The notes beneath the pieces were generated by a model. That model worked only from the letters and a program-made list of their open reading frames with translations. It had not been told where the DNA came from and searched no databases. The translations under genes were made by a program, and so were the position numbers. Below are positions 11,801 through 25,470 of a DNA stretch of 64,000 bases, in pieces; the stretch's first letter is position 1; every line of letters begins with the position of its first letter. The DNA is from Lingula anatina (lineage: Eukaryota; Animalia; Brachiopoda): NCBI GenBank assembly GCA_051362555.1, contig CM120648.1:2333721-2397720 (forward strand), given 5' to 3'.

Positions 11801-14800
11801 TTGTTACCATCGAGAAAAACTTTGCACAGGCATTATCAGGTGATTGTTACGTTATAGTAACCATATGTAGCATCTATTAGCAATTTTGTAACATTTTCCA
11901 TTTTAGTACATGTTTTTTCCTTGAAAGATTTGCCAGTTATTTGAAACCATGAAATAAATGAAAGATAATAATACCCTATCCTTATTCTTTTGAAGTAAAT
12001 TGTTAGGTATTAAAGTAGTAAAATGTTTAGCAAAAGGAGAATATTTTGATATGACCTTTGACCTTTTGACTTTTAAAAAACCAGGTGTTTTTTAATGAAT
12101 TTGCACAGTTAAAAGTTTATAACAGTTCTACATGACCTGTAAGGAGAATTGTCTCTTTCACATCATGGTCATGACATTAAATTTCAGTAAGAAAAGCTAG
12201 GGGTGTTGTTTCATTTGTGTGTAATTATTAATGTAAAATGATAAAATGATCATAATTATCTACATTGAAAATCAATACAAATATTTCATCCAAAACTGTA
12301 AAGTTTAATTGCTTTATTCAATTCACTTACATGATTTACATAGTGAACATATTGAAAATAGGTACTGTGTATTATTTGTAGATAGCTGTTTTTGCTAAGA
12401 GCGTTTTCGGCAAAGTTAGTGTCGCATGTGCTCCATTATGTAGACTTGCCAGGAGGACTTATATTATTGTGACCCTGTTTGATAAACATCGTTATTGTTT
12501 ACAGTAAAGATATTGTACTTTTATGTGAGAATTACATAGAGTTTTTTTTTTTTGTTATGTATTTATGTCATGCACTAAATGTACATTAATTTTCTGTAAA
12601 AGTGTATGAGATGCTGTTTAGTTTATATGATTTAAATCTAATTTGTCAAAACAATTTTATGATATCAATGCATGTTTAGGAATGATAACTTGGATTTTAA
12701 CTTTGATTTTGATCATTTAATTTTTGTCCACAGACACTTCTATGTGTCCTTATTTGACCTGATAGATGACACCTTAACCAAATCCTTATTATGTATCATC
12801 ATATCAAGAAACATAGACAATTACTTTCTTACCAAAATTGTCTACTGTGGAAGGACTTCATAATGGCATGTCTATAGTTACATATGAAGCTAGCATAGAT
12901 TTCCTGTAAAACAAATAAATTACTGCTACCAGTATCTCCCACAACTTATATGAATTACAATTGCCAAAGGATAAAGCAATTGATTACTCTGTCAGCAAAA
13001 GAAAAAAAAGTTTAAAACTGTATCTTCAAGTTTCTGATCATAAACCTGAACTATTAATCCCTACCTTCATTTTATGTGTCCCCCAGATGATGTAATAATG
13101 TATGCTGCTTCAAGTGTATCTTTAGATACGTGCCTATTATGTTGTATTTTCATGGTTTTCTTCCACTGACATAAAGGCGTAATTTCCTCTTCCCTACCTA
13201 GGCTCGTCAGGCCGGGAGGAGGTATGGCGGTACTGCATTACAGATACCAACGGGAAGCTTGGCTTTGCTTTAGGAGCATTGTTTGTTAAGTCAGAATTCA
13301 AAGGAGATAATAAGGAAAAGGTAAGGCTCTGAAAACTTCTGACTAGCCATTCCCTTTTTGTGTCAGATGATTATGTAAGTTGTGCTAATAATTGTGCTTG
13401 ATGTACCAAACAGTTGTGTTAGTTGTAAAAGATGATTGTGTTAGTTGTACAAGGTGATTGTGCTAGCTGTACCAGATGATTGTGTAAGTTGTTCCAGATT
13501 ATTGTGTTGGTTGTGCCAGATAAATGTTCTATTTGAACCTTGTGATTGTGCTAGTTATACCAGGTGATTCATGGCTGTTGTGCCAGAAGATTGTGCTATG
13601 TCCATCAGATTATTGTATTAGTTGTGTCAGATTGTGAAAGTTGTGCCAGATTGTGCTATTAGTATTTTGTGATTGTGTTTGTTGCATCGGAATATTGTGT
13701 TAGTTGTATTAGATCATCATACAAGATGTACTGGTTAATTGTGTGAGTTGCACAGGATGCTGTTGTCAGTTGAGTTGTGTTAGTTGTATCAATTGATTGT
13801 GTTAGTGATGCCAATTGATTGTGTTAGTGATATCAATTGATTGTGTTAGTGATACCAATCAATTGTGTTAGAAATACCAATCAATTGTGTTAGAGATACC
13901 AATTGATTGTGTAAGTTGTACCAAAAAAATTATAAGTATGTGAAATTACTGTGTTATGAATATAATCTTTTTTCCTTAGCGAGGTAAATTTTACATTTTT
14001 CTTTTGTTTTAAAGGAATTTAAATTGTTTTGAGTCTACTTAAATTAGGATGAACATACACATAACAATGGTCCCTGCTTATACAGACATGCCTGTTTTAA
14101 TAGAAGTCCATAGAAGTCTGCTCCTTAAATCCTCACACCTATTGCTATGTGCAATGGTTGTCAAATGTCATGTTGAATGGTGGGTATTTTTACTAGTAAC
14201 AGCACTGCAGATATCAAGTTGCTGTTATACAGAAACTTGCTTGGCTTGAATGTTTTGGAATGCTGAAAAACTAGTATTTCTGTTTTAAATAAGGCTGCAC
14301 CCGCATAATCCCTAACTAACATAGAAGCCAGGACCACTGTTATGTGAAATACTGAAATGTTAATGTTTTTAGGCAATGTTTTAGAATTACTTTGTACTTG
14401 ATACAGCTTGAAATAGATGTGAATGTTGATAGCTGAATTTCTTGGGCTCTAAATTTGATTTTATTTTTATGTAATTTTTTTATAATTTAAATAATCAAAG
14501 GATTTTGTTAAATGCTTGATGTTGATTATTTTAAGGTGAAATTACAAATTGCTTTTTTTTTTGGACCACCCCACTTTGTATTTGTTTTTTGTCAAAACAT
14601 GTTTTATGTGATGTTTTACCTGATTTTATTTCCAAAAACTTTGTTAAAAGCCACACTCTTGGAAATAGTCCAGCCAGAATTAATTGTTTGATAAAACTCG
14701 AACATTGATGTTTGTAAGGTGAAAAAGAAAGAAAGAATGATAGAAACCATAGCATGTAATTCTGTAACACATGCATGTTTGGTTATTGTGTTGGTTTTGA

Positions 14801-17800
14801 CCACAAACAGATATACATAGCTTTGTGTGTTAGTGTGGTTTGACATTGGCATGCTATCTCAAGACTGTATCAAGGTTTTGGAGAAACAAATACCATACTC
14901 ACAGTGGCATGCACGCAGGTACACACGCACACAAACATGGATCCAACAGAATTAGTGTGCTGCCAAATGAATGTCTCCTGGTGTGAAATTAAGATTAAAA
15001 ATTGAACATTTCTCTGTTCAGTCTTGGTTATTTCTAAGATACTGAGATGCATCCATTGTTTTTCAGATATAGTAGTCCTGAACATTTTCTTTTACAAAAT
15101 TTACAAGCACCTCATGGCTGTACACTTTTTCTTTGGATTCCACCTTGCAGTATTACAAGCTAGCACCCAACCTTACCAGGGTTAGAAATTTGGGATTAAG
15201 TATTAAATTTTGGTGCAGAAAATCCAAAAACTTCATGATCATTAGTTAACTTTGGTGCCAATAATAAAAAAAACTCCATGATCATTGTCTATTTTTATGT
15301 TGATCCGTGGCAGTCTTGATCATTACTTACCATTTGTTTTTCACCCAGTGTATCACTCTTTGTCAAATATTGGTGGCAGCATGCTGAGAATGGCTGAAAT
15401 AGCATTGTTCTCCTTGACCAACCTATAAAGTCAGTATTACCCAACAGTTTGTATTACCATATGTACAAATGATTTTTATCAATTGCTGAGCTTGCAATGT
15501 ATATTATTGCTCAGGTGAACCATCAGAGAACACCTGTCAAATTTATAGTCATAGTGACCATAAATTAACCGAATTGTATTTCCAAATGTTGATTCAAAAT
15601 GAAACCTGTATGTTAAGTCCCTTTCTTGATTTCTGTTAATTTCTGTAATTATAGTGGTCATTACTATGTCTTTGGTTTCATACACTGTCTCGTGTGTTTA
15701 AATTGGAGGTTAACAAGTGTGCCAATACAGGCCTGTAGGCAGGGGGTGGTAGTTGGGGGGTGGGTGGATAGAGTTATGGCCAAACACCCTTTTGGCTGGC
15801 AAAAAATTTTTGTTTTAGAATGAAATTTCGAACTTGATTCTATGTCAGATTTCAGATTTGGTCAAGGAAAAGTTTTGAAAAATTAACTTTTTTTTTGTAG
15901 AAAAATACCCCCACATTAAAATTGCTGGCTACTGGCTTGGCAATGCCAATAATAGGTACCATGTATCCCGCGAGAGTGAATTTCTAACCCTGTTTCCACA
16001 CACACAAACACACCCATTGGGTTCGGTAACTTTTCCTATCCTAGCTTGACGTGTACATTCAGGCCGAGCAAATGATACAAGAAGTGCGGAATGCATTCAA
16101 ACGAAACCTGCTGAAGTTGACGTGGATGGACGAAGAGACAAAAAAGGCCGCCATTGATAAGGTACTTCCTGTGTCATGAATTTTGCATGAGTTATTGATT
16201 ATGAAGAGCACCAGATAACTATAGTATTGTGTGAAAAATAATGTAACCAGAAAGTTATTATGCAGTATTAAAATGGAAAATTAAGGATTAATTTAACTTA
16301 CAATGATAAATAAGAAATTTTCGCAGCTCATGCTGCATAGAAATTTTATTCTTGGAATTTTAAGTAAATATTTTTACTGTTACTTATGAAAAACTTGTCA
16401 GCTTTTGTTCATATTATGAAGCTAGTGTCTGAATCATATTCTGTATTGCAGGCAGACGCCATAGTTGATATGATTGGATTTCCCTCCTTCATACTGAACA
16501 AGACTGCCCTTGATGAACGCTATGCTGAGGTGAGACGTGATAACCCGATATTTAAAAAAATTAGATTTTCATCATTTTGTTATTGTTATTAATATTCTAG
16601 GTTAAACTTCTGCTGAGTTGCGTAGTTCAGCACTATGATAAGACGAGACAATATGGTCCGCAAAAAACAGAAGAAATTTTGGAAATTTGAGTGTTTTTAC
16701 ATTTTGCTACCAACTTTTCACATTTAACTGCAACAGTTGATCAACAACTCTTTTAACTATTACTGAACTTGCTCTTTCTCTGATTGGTAAAAAATGAGCC
16801 ATATGACACACTTGATTTGTGTAATATTCACATTAATGTTTTATCATACTTTCTAATTACTGTTGAATACTTTCTACATGTATACTGGAGAGCTCTATTG
16901 TATGAGACAGAAAATAATGGGAATAGTCAAAATTATGCAAATATAATTCATAATGTGTGTCTTTCACTGACTGTCGTGACTCACATGTTCACTTTTTTTG
17001 TGGAACAACCCAAAGATGTGGGTATGTAATCAAGAACACAAATGATATCTCCGCTTAATTTCCACTTGAAATTTCTTGCTGAGAAATGCTTTTGTATTTC
17101 AGTTTCCTGTGACAGTGGATGGTTACTTCAGTAATAACATTAACTCTGTGAAGTACGCTGTGAAGAGAAATATCGACAAACTGAAAAGGAAACCAGACAA
17201 AAACAGGTGAAAAAAAATTTTGAAAAAAATTACAAGTTTGCTCTCTTTATTTAAAAATAGATTATAAATGTTTATTATCCAGTCATAAAATCACAGAAAC
17301 ATCTAAAAAAATTAATATTAAATTATAAATCATTGACAACGGTGATCTTGATAAATTCCAAACTAGCAATTTTCAGTATCAGAAAATTAACATTTCAAGT
17401 TTTGATACAAAATATCCTTTGTTTCTGCTGTCATAGCTGGGACATGACTCCTCCCACTATCAATGCCTACTACTCCCCCACCAAGAATGAGATTGTCTTC
17501 CCTGCTGGAATATTACAGGCTCCCTTCTATGACCAGACCTTTCCCAAGTAAGTGGAGAGGGGTGTCAGCTTCATTTATTACCTCTGCCAAGGAAATGATG
17601 CTTTTTGCTTTTTTTTTTGTTGATTTGTTTGTTAACAGCCTAACTCGGGAAGTTATGGATGGATTTTGATATATTTCTCTGAGTAGGGCAGATAGTAATA
17701 AAAAATAATATCAAAGTTTTTTCAACCATGTAAATAACATGAAATAATAAAAATTAATAAAAATAAGTAATAGGCCTAAGTTATTAAAAATGAATTAGAT

Positions 17801-19742
17801 TTAGGTGGTGATCCATTTACTCATTTGATGGTCAAGTTATTCTCCTGTAAGCTGTTTTCCTTGATTTCAGGTCATTGAACTATGGTGCTATGGGGGTAGT
17901 GATGGGACATGAACTGACACATGGTTTTGATGACCAAGGTAAGAGGAGCTGCACCTGTTACCAAACACCTACTAGGAGATGATCTCTTTCTAGGTCGTAT
18001 CTTATGCCATAGGAAATTCACTTAGCAACCAATTGTCACAATATTCTTGGTCTTCTTGAAGAAGTTCCTATTAATTTTGAAAGACTCCTACATGATATTA
18101 AATTGATGATTATCTATTGGAAAGATTGATAAATGTTTATATATTCGCTGATTTTGGTCTTGTTCCAGGTCGTGAGTTTGACAAATATGGCAACCTTCAC
18201 CCCTGGTGGAACAATGCTTCTGTGGCCAAGTTTAAGGAACTGACCAAATGCTTCATTGACCAGTACAGCCAGTACAAACTTAATGGGGAAAAGGTAAAAA
18301 GGAAATTGAGGGAATTGTGGCTATGTCAAGCACGGAGGCTGCATTACGATGACTCTCTTATGTACTAGCCAGATCTCTGTCACTCTATATGAACCTGCAA
18401 AGACTGCATTACTTCAGTATTATATTTAATGCAAAAAGGGTCTTAGAAAGGAAGAATAATGAACTCGTTATTGCCATGGCCAGATGTACAAGTGTCTGCT
18501 GATGTTATTTCAGGTGAACGGAAAACAAACACTAGGTGAAAATATTGCAGACAATGGAGGACTGAAGGCTGCTTACCATGTAGGTGATATGTGGCTTAAG
18601 GATCTATAAAAAAGAAAAAAAATCCCGACAATTTGATTTAAGTTTTGTTTTATTTTTCCCTTTACTTTCAAAGCATACATTTAGGGAGAAAAATCACAAT
18701 TTCTTTTCTTCAGGAGAGAAATATCAGATATTTCAGCAACATTTTATTCTTACAGAATGTTATGCTTTTTTCTCAAATTCTCAAACAACAGACTCATTGA
18801 ATGCAACTGAAAAAGTTGGCTTCAACATACATGTAATCGTATGTACTATTACATAACAGATAATAATGTTATAACATATTTCAGGCGTATGAACACTGGG
18901 TACAGCATAATGGGGAGGAGCAGCCACTGCCAGGGACCAATCTGACCCACAGACAGCTGTTCTTTGTGGGTTTCTCTCAGGTCAGTGCTGTGGTGAAAGA
19001 CATCATTGTAAATATTTTAAGCTTAGCATCCTCTGCGCCTTTGATGTCAGGCTTGTAGGCAGTTTTTGGGGGTTCTAGTGGTGGGTTAGAAAGAACCTTC
19101 CTTTTGAGCAGGAAAGGTCTGCCCTGAATCACATTTGATCTATGTTCTATGCCATTTCTAAAATTGAGTCAACTGTGGTGGTAAAAGGTCTACTTTTAAC
19201 CACCACAGAAACCCTTTTTTAATTGCTGGCTGAAGAGTGACAGTTAGTTATTAGTGGACTGGAGTTTTGTTATCACAACAGTGTTCTTATTTTCAGGTAT
19301 GGTGCTCATCTCAGACCAAAGAGGAAGATAAGTTACAGTTGGCCACAGATCCCCATAGTCCTGGAAAATACAGGTGAGTGAGCACACCTAGCGCAATGGG
19401 GCACATCTAACACAATGAGGCACACCTAGAGCAATGAGTCACATCTAGCACAATGAGGCACACCTAGCAAAATGAGGCACACATTAAAAATGCATGTAAT
19501 ACTTAAGCACAAAAAAAGGTAACAGACATGTATTGAATTTCCATAAATTACATTTAAAAAGCAATTTTGTAATTATTATCATGTCGCCTAGTATATAATT
19601 TTTTTCCATAAACTGATGTATTCTGTTGTTTTTCAGAGTGATAGGGACATTATCCAACTCGGTGGAATTTGCTCAACAATTCCAGTGCAAACCTGGCAGC
19701 CCCATGAACCCTGCAGTACAGAAGAAATGCGTCATTTGGTGA
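3608..19742 (+). CDS. ECE1: Endothelin-converting enzyme-like M13 zinc metallopeptidase (type II membrane protein), ~782 aa, 19 coding exons
   Basis: Exons with GT-AG ends and consistent phase: 3608-3908, 8782-8994, 9315-9574, 9917-9985, 10374-10490, 10817-10903, 11183-11331, 11736-11839, 13202-13320, 16063-16161, 16452-16529, 17103-17206, 17437-17547, 17871-17938, 18169-18293, 18514-18579, 18885-18980, 19297-19373, 19637-19742 (sum 2349 nt). Motifs: N-terminal TM helix, CVTPAC, DPCEDFY..CGGW, INAYY (ECE-type), [24 protein letters not shown], terminal KKCVIW*. Symbol indicates family, not one-to-one orthology. Confidence 0.93.
5984..6310. mobile_element. MITE-like element with CAGGCCC..AGCCAG / ..GCGACGGACCTG termini
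   Basis: Imperfect terminal inverted repeats; related termini at 15728-15939, 19048-19239 and 53548-53758. Confidence 0.55.
7645..7716. repeat. Short degenerate minisatellite (TGATCACCTTG core)
   Basis: TGATCACCTTG(G/A/T)CC repeated about 4 times; explains the DHL-rich ORF 7609-7899. Confidence 0.75.
8354..8569. mobile_element. PIF/Harbinger (Tourist-like) MITE, family C
   Basis: TIRs GATTGCATTCCCAGAGAT..TAGATCGA / ATCGAGCTAAATATCTATGGGAATGGGGTC, flanked by TTA on both sides (8351-8353, 8570-8572). Inverted copy at 27037-27250. Confidence 0.75.
10075..10378 (+). repeat. Degenerate ~60-85-bp tandem repeat containing copies of the exon-5 splice acceptor
   Basis: TTCCAGGTG(CT) at 10134, 10195, 10218 and the true site at 10368; shared GCTTACTGTCA(C/T)GGTTTGTGTATCAGACTGA. 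Confidence 0.8.
11470..11640. mobile_element. Palindromic MITE-like repeat, family D
   Basis: GCAATCAGATAAACAGAC ... GTCTGTTTATCTGATTGC inverted arms; core CTCCTGG(C/T)ATTGAGTAGAA shared with 40381-40520 and 52986-53216. Confidence 0.65.
13365..13925. repeat. ~20-bp minisatellite in ECE intron 9
   Basis: Many degenerate copies of GATTGTGTTAGTTGTACCA(G/A)(A/T)T, most homogeneous at 13790-13920. Confidence 0.85.
15728..15939. mobile_element. MITE-like element (CAGGCCTGTAGGCAG ... CTGGCTACTGGCTTG)
   Basis: Imperfect 15-bp TIRs; same terminal family as 5984-6310 and 53548-53758. Confidence 0.6.
19048..19239. mobile_element. Degenerate MITE-like element (CAGGCTTGTAGGCAG start)
   Basis: Left end matches the 15728 element; right end AATTGCTGGCTGAAGAGTG is a decayed version of ATTGCTGGCTACTGGCTTG. 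Confidence 0.45.
19380..19483. repeat. 19-bp minisatellite, ~5 copies
   Basis: GCACA(C/T)CTAGCACAATGAG units directly after the ECE exon-18 donor. Confidence 0.85.
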
Positions 19743-22285
19743 TCAGCAATGTCAGCATTTAGAATATTTTATCACTTTTTCTGGTGGGAATTCAGTTGGT
19801 GACTGTGGTAGTATTAACACTCATGGAGATCAAAAATAGGGGAAGTTTCACTTTGTTGCCATAGCAACACCATATATAAGGGAATGCCTCAAGGCAAGTA
19901 TATAATATGGTGGTTGCCATGGTAACACCATATATGGAATATCTGCACAACCAAATTTGACATTTTGTGATGGGTTAAATATGTATTCCAAGTTGTCTGC
20001 ACAATGGATAAGTCTTCAGGCACTGTTGTGTCCTTACAATATGTATAATTCATATCATCTATTGGACCTATATATGGATAAGAATTTTCAGCAGTGTACC
20101 ATCTGTAATTCATTTAAGTCCTATTTATGTGCCCTAAGTTGCCATGACAATATGCAGATGAGTTCCTTATAAGGGCACATTAGTGATTGCATATGTTCAT
20201 GTAAAACTTGCTACTGAATGGCAAGGTGATATGATATACACATACAACTGAGGTCAAGATATCATCAGCACAATTTGTTGTTTCTTCCAACCACAAACAG
20301 GTTCAATTTCTAAATTATTCTCCATATTATATTTCTTATTTTAATGTCCATGACACAATTTTACTAAGAATTGGAGATGAAAGACTTCTAGATTAATTTG
20401 GGTATATGATTGGTGCTTTTATGCCCCTCCCCCCAAACACCTCATTCAGTACTTGCATTTTCAGTTTTTTTAAGTCCAATTTCATCTATCTTTCTTGCTA
20501 AATTCAAATTTTAAAGCAGCTGGCTGCAGTAGCATGGCACAGCCTACAACCATGATATAGTCAGATAAAATAAAATAGCTTCATTGTATTTTAAATAGTA
20601 AATTAATTAGAAAATTAATCAGCAAAACCAGACAGCCTCATTTTATGTTTTATTTTTGTAAGTGAAATCAGAGTACTGGTGTTTGTCCCATAATTGCGTT
20701 TTTATAACATATCAATTTTCATTTTACTCTCAGGATTTCAGAGGATCAAACTTTTCCTGTCAATTTGATGCCACGGATCTTATTTATTGCTTGCAGCGTA
20801 AAAGGCTATTACAGTAAACTTGAAATGGTGCTTTATTTTTGGTATTACATAAATATGTTTTTTGTTTTTGATAACACTGAGAAGAACAATTATGATACCT
20901 GAGTATGTTTGTTTAGAAATCTTTGATACCATTATTATTTAAAATGTAATGTATTAAATTATCTTGAAAATATGTGGTTAAATGACTACGATAAACTCTG
21001 GCATTGATTGTTATTTAAGATGTAAAACTTCAGTTTTTATTGTTGTATTTCAAAAGTGCTATTTAAAAAATAATAATTTGGGTGCATAACAGTGGATATA
21101 TTGTAATTGCATGGAACAGGGGATAATTGGAAAAAGATAATCAAGTTATTATAAGTCATATTTCTTCTACATTTGTAGGTGGTTATATTTTTGTGAAATT
21201 AAACCTTCCCTTACTCAAAAAGCTAGTCCAAAATCAAATAACTGAACTTGATGAAGCTTGTTACAGAGTTTGTAGAAAGTTTTACTTTACTTTTCTGTCT
21301 AAACTGAATTTTTGATTATATATGTATATTTATTGGATTTTACCATGATATATATAAGTGTGCATGTGTTTATTATAGTATATTTACAATTCTTAAAAGC
21401 TTCAAATATTTCTTTATAAGTAAGACTTTTTGTTGAAACAAGACAATAGTAAACTACAATACTTACACCCCAATTTACACCGATTAAGTTAGTTTTCTAG
21501 CATCAGGAATGTACTGGTACAGGGCTTTAAGATTTGTTCGCCGTATCTACCAAAGACCATATCAATGTGACTGTATTTTTTGTAGTATATTCATATTCTA
21601 AGAATACATGATAAGGGAAATACGTGTTATATAAAGATATTTGAAAATATTATAACTATACAATACTTGGCATGATTATTTTTATCTATTTATTTTTATT
21701 TTGTATCATTACCTAATGTGATGTGGGTTAGAGAAACTTGAAGCTCCTCTGATGTTTTCACGAGCTCATATCCCCCTCATATATTGAGGTTTTATGTTGC
21801 ACTGCCTTAGTATGCTTAATGTGAACTGACGTAGCAAACAAGCCAAGCAGTGCCACATTTTACCCATATAAATAGGGTGGCATATTGAGACAAAAGCTAG
21901 TCATGAGAAATAAGACTCAACAGCAGTCTGTATATCAGATTCAGCTGGCAGGCCAGATATATGAATTCCCTCAAAAATTACCCATTACTATACAAAATAG
22001 CTATTTGCATTCTTGACTCATTATTATTATCGTTATAATTATTATTATTATGTTAAATTTAGGTCACGAATTTTACACTTCAATGTTCTAATTGAAAGAT
22101 GAGAGGTGACAGATTTTTGTGAAAAAATCACCATACTCCATAAACACATACATGTAGATGTGCAGTGCATATAGAAACAAAATAGTTGACAGATATCTCT
22201 TCAGCTCTCTGGATTTTGTGTTAGTGATGGATATTTGTATTATATATAATATATGAATGAATATAATATGTATACATGAAATGGA

Positions 22286-22291
22286 AATAAA
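22286..22291 (+). terminator. Candidate polyadenylation signal of the ECE-like gene
   Basis: AATAAA followed ~30 nt later by GT-rich TTGTCTCATTGTGTGTATTT. Other AATAAA hexamers exist (e.g. ~20569). Confidence 0.35.
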
Positions 22292-23846
22292 TGTTTAATA
22301 TATATTAATAACTTAATTAATTGTCTCATTGTGTGTATTTAGGGTTGATTTAATGGAGTCATGGTTTAGGAAGTGAAAATATTATAAAGGGAGAGAATAA
22401 TTGTAACACAATGTTGAAACTGTAATGACTACTGGACTTTACAAATTTACAATCACAGTGATCAGGTTTTTGTGTTAGTTGAGCCTGTCAAACCTAACAC
22501 ATTTACCTCTGTGCAAACTCCATTATATTGAGGATGTGACAGAACTGATGCTAGTAATAGAAAAAAAACTCTATTTCAAGGAAACACTCCTTAGAGTAGA
22601 TATTTTCAATTGTAATTTCCACTGGTTAAAATTTAAACTTTTAAGTAGGCTGATAAGGAGGGCTTGCCTAGGCATGAGGTTGGTGGGGGGGGTGGGGGGG
22701 TGGAAGCAGGGAAACGAGGATAACTGTTGACCTGAACTTTGGTTAAATATTCTGAAGTCGCCATGGGATGACCAGTCACTGACCCAAGTACAGCTGGTTG
22801 TTGGGTCAGTATTTTAAAACGCCCAGTCTGGGCTGTGTCCTGGAGGCCACACTTGACATGCACAAACCATGTAGATCTGGAAAGGGAAACCAAAACTGTT
22901 TACTGGGAAGCATTGGTTAAAACATTTCCCAAGCAGTCTGTGAATCACATGTACTGGTTGCACCTGGCACAAAACTGTTTGTTTTGTTAGTAGAAAGAAA
23001 ACAAAAATCAAACCAAAAATATATAATTTCAATATAGCAGTAATATTGTCATTTACTTTGATCTAAAGATAATGACAGCCATTCTCTCCAGTTCATTCAG
23101 GAATTGAGGAAAAATGTTGATTGAACAAAATAAATAAATAAATACATTGCTAAAGTTATTTAATTTTGAACCAATTCAAAAAATATATATACGTAGAATC
23201 TGTGTATTGCTTTCTTGCAATACACATGTATGTGGTAATTATCAAGCCGATTAATTTGAATCAAAACTTCATGTCTAGGAGATTATATGTAGCCAGAAGT
23301 GATTTTCCTTGTTTTAACTGAATAATGTGTATGCTGAAATCTCAAGAAAACCACACAGAATTAAGCCTGACTCTGGTCACTTCCATATTATATCCTGCTA
23401 AAGAGGGTCACTGACCTGACGATCAATTACCATATCAGCCATTTCAATGTTTGTTGATACTGACTGGGGAACATTAAGCCAAGTATACACTGCAGGTCTG
23501 GAGTAGGCATATTGAATTTTAGCCACATGCTAAACATGATCTAATTTGAAAATGTAAACATGTTGAGCTTATGTGAGGATTGTGAACCATGATAATAAAA
23601 TTTTGGATATGGCCTATTTGATTTTATTAAGTAAGTCAAAGAAAGCAACAAATGTGAATTTTTGTGGAGTTTATTTTAGATTAATATGACTAAAAAAATA
23701 TTTGCAGTATCATGTCCTTGATAAACTTATCTCACTTAACACTCAGACTACTGAGGGGTGTAATTAGATCCTGTAGTATTTGTGTAAATGTGCCATCAGT
23801 GATGTTAGTTTTTGTTTATATTCCACAATCACTATGGTCTTAACAG

Positions 23847-24051
23847 GCCAAATTCACAATCAAAGTTGATCCATGGCCTAACAGATCTGCAGATCAAATG
23901 TGGCTGATCCACTTGAAAGCTTACTGGGTAGTCCCTGGGGGGAAACTATAATGTGCCTTTTAGGGGTTTATGTGGCAAGCTTTCAAGTGGGTCCCACATA
24001 TTTGATCTGCGGATCTGTTAGTGCATGGATCAACTTTTTCTGAATGCATCC
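23847..24051. mobile_element. Palindromic MITE, family B (Harbinger-like)
   Basis: ~60-bp inverted arms AAAGTTGATCCATG..TAACAGATCTGCAGATCAAAT..CCACTTGAAAGCTT / AAGCTTTCAAGTGG..ATTTGATCTGCGGATCTGTTA..CATGGATCAACTTT. Confidence 0.8.
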
Positions 24052-25438
24052 TTAGACTGCCCCTTGCTGCAGTAAACCCTCCTTTTTAGACTGTGTAGTG
24101 GTCGTAAGGACTGCACCGAGTTTGAATTTCTTGTTGGAAGACGGGGGCATACGGGACACAAAAGCCAGCCTGTGAGAGGGCATCTGATAAGAAACCAGAG
24201 TTAATCTGCCCATTACACAATCACGTTCCTGATGCACATTTGATTGGTGCATGGGCCAGGATGGATTGAGGAACCCTTCAGAGAACCGCTCTGGAACATA
24301 TTGCTCTGGAACAGTTCTGGAACATTTCCTACATTGGTCTGAAGTTGGCAGAAATCAGCTGCTTGGATCAATTGATACTGTGGTCAACGTAGAAACATGG
24401 GAATGGTATTTATGGATTTCATGAGCAATCAACTTGAAAGATCATTGCAATAGAAGAAACAACCTCAGAAGACTCATGTAGACACTGATCAAACAGATAA
24501 AGTTCATTGAAAGAATGGAGCTGGATCAGGCCTCATTGAGACTACAGTATGAATTAACCTTTTGCTAAACGCAAAAGAAATGTACAGGAATATGTTTTGG
24601 AATTTTGTAAATACCAGTATGCAAGTATAGTGAGATAGATGCTTAAAAGTTACATGTGCATGTTCACTTGGACTGTTTATAGATTGATTTTTGGACATTG
24701 GTGTCTGCTTCAGTCGGACAATAATGTTCTAGTTTTGGAATTGGACCTCTAGCTTTTTATCCATTGATGGTACCATCATTTCAATCAATGGAGAATGATC
24801 TTTGGTTCCATTAAATTGGATTATAAGTGTGAGAATATCTATAATTTGATTGGAAAAATGCATTTGCTGGGATTGGGCTTAATTTTATTTACGAGGTGGA
24901 ATTATTAACTTAAAGGAGTAAAGCTGTCTGCTCCAAGACTTAATGTAAATTTACTCCCCCTGGACCTTGCCTGTGGTGGCATCTGGAGCAGGAAATCTTA
25001 ACTTTAAAGGGATGGATGAATATTAAATGGACAGAAGAAATATTCACATACTAGGAACGTGAATACATATTTGATTGTTTTGACTGTAAAATTGTTGGAT
25101 TGTTTTCTTCGGTAAGTCTATTCAAACTGGATGATGTCTTCTTTTATTTCTTTCTAATTTCACTTCCCTTTCTGTTTCGTATAAACCCCAACATTTGATC
25201 TTTGGTATATTTAAATTTGTTTCATGATAAATGTTAACTATTATGCTGTCTAAATTTAATTTGTAAAGTTTCAGGCCTTCAGCTAGCAATTTAAAAGGGG
25301 GATCCATAATTTATCTTCAACCATATTACTTTGGACCTTTTAAATCTTTACCCCTTGTTTGACCCAACTTAAGAAATGGCATAGAACCTACATGTACGTC
25401 AAATTTTGATTCAGTGAAAACCTTTTCCGGCTCTTTCT

Positions 25439-25470
<32 letters not shown>

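Noticed and set aside
13365-13925. Regularly spaced repeats resembling a CRISPR array
   Set aside because: Contiguous degenerate units without unique spacers, in a eukaryotic intron, with no cas genes.
11840-16062. Searched the long ECE introns for duplicated alternative exons like the neprilysin pair
   Set aside because: Candidate acceptors (e.g. ~12733, 13086, 15066, 15348) lead to stops or non-homologous peptides; none was found around ECE exon 18 either.
24090-24135. tRNA/SINE-like A-box and B-box words
   Set aside because: Box spacing too short, poor B-box match and no cloverleaf.
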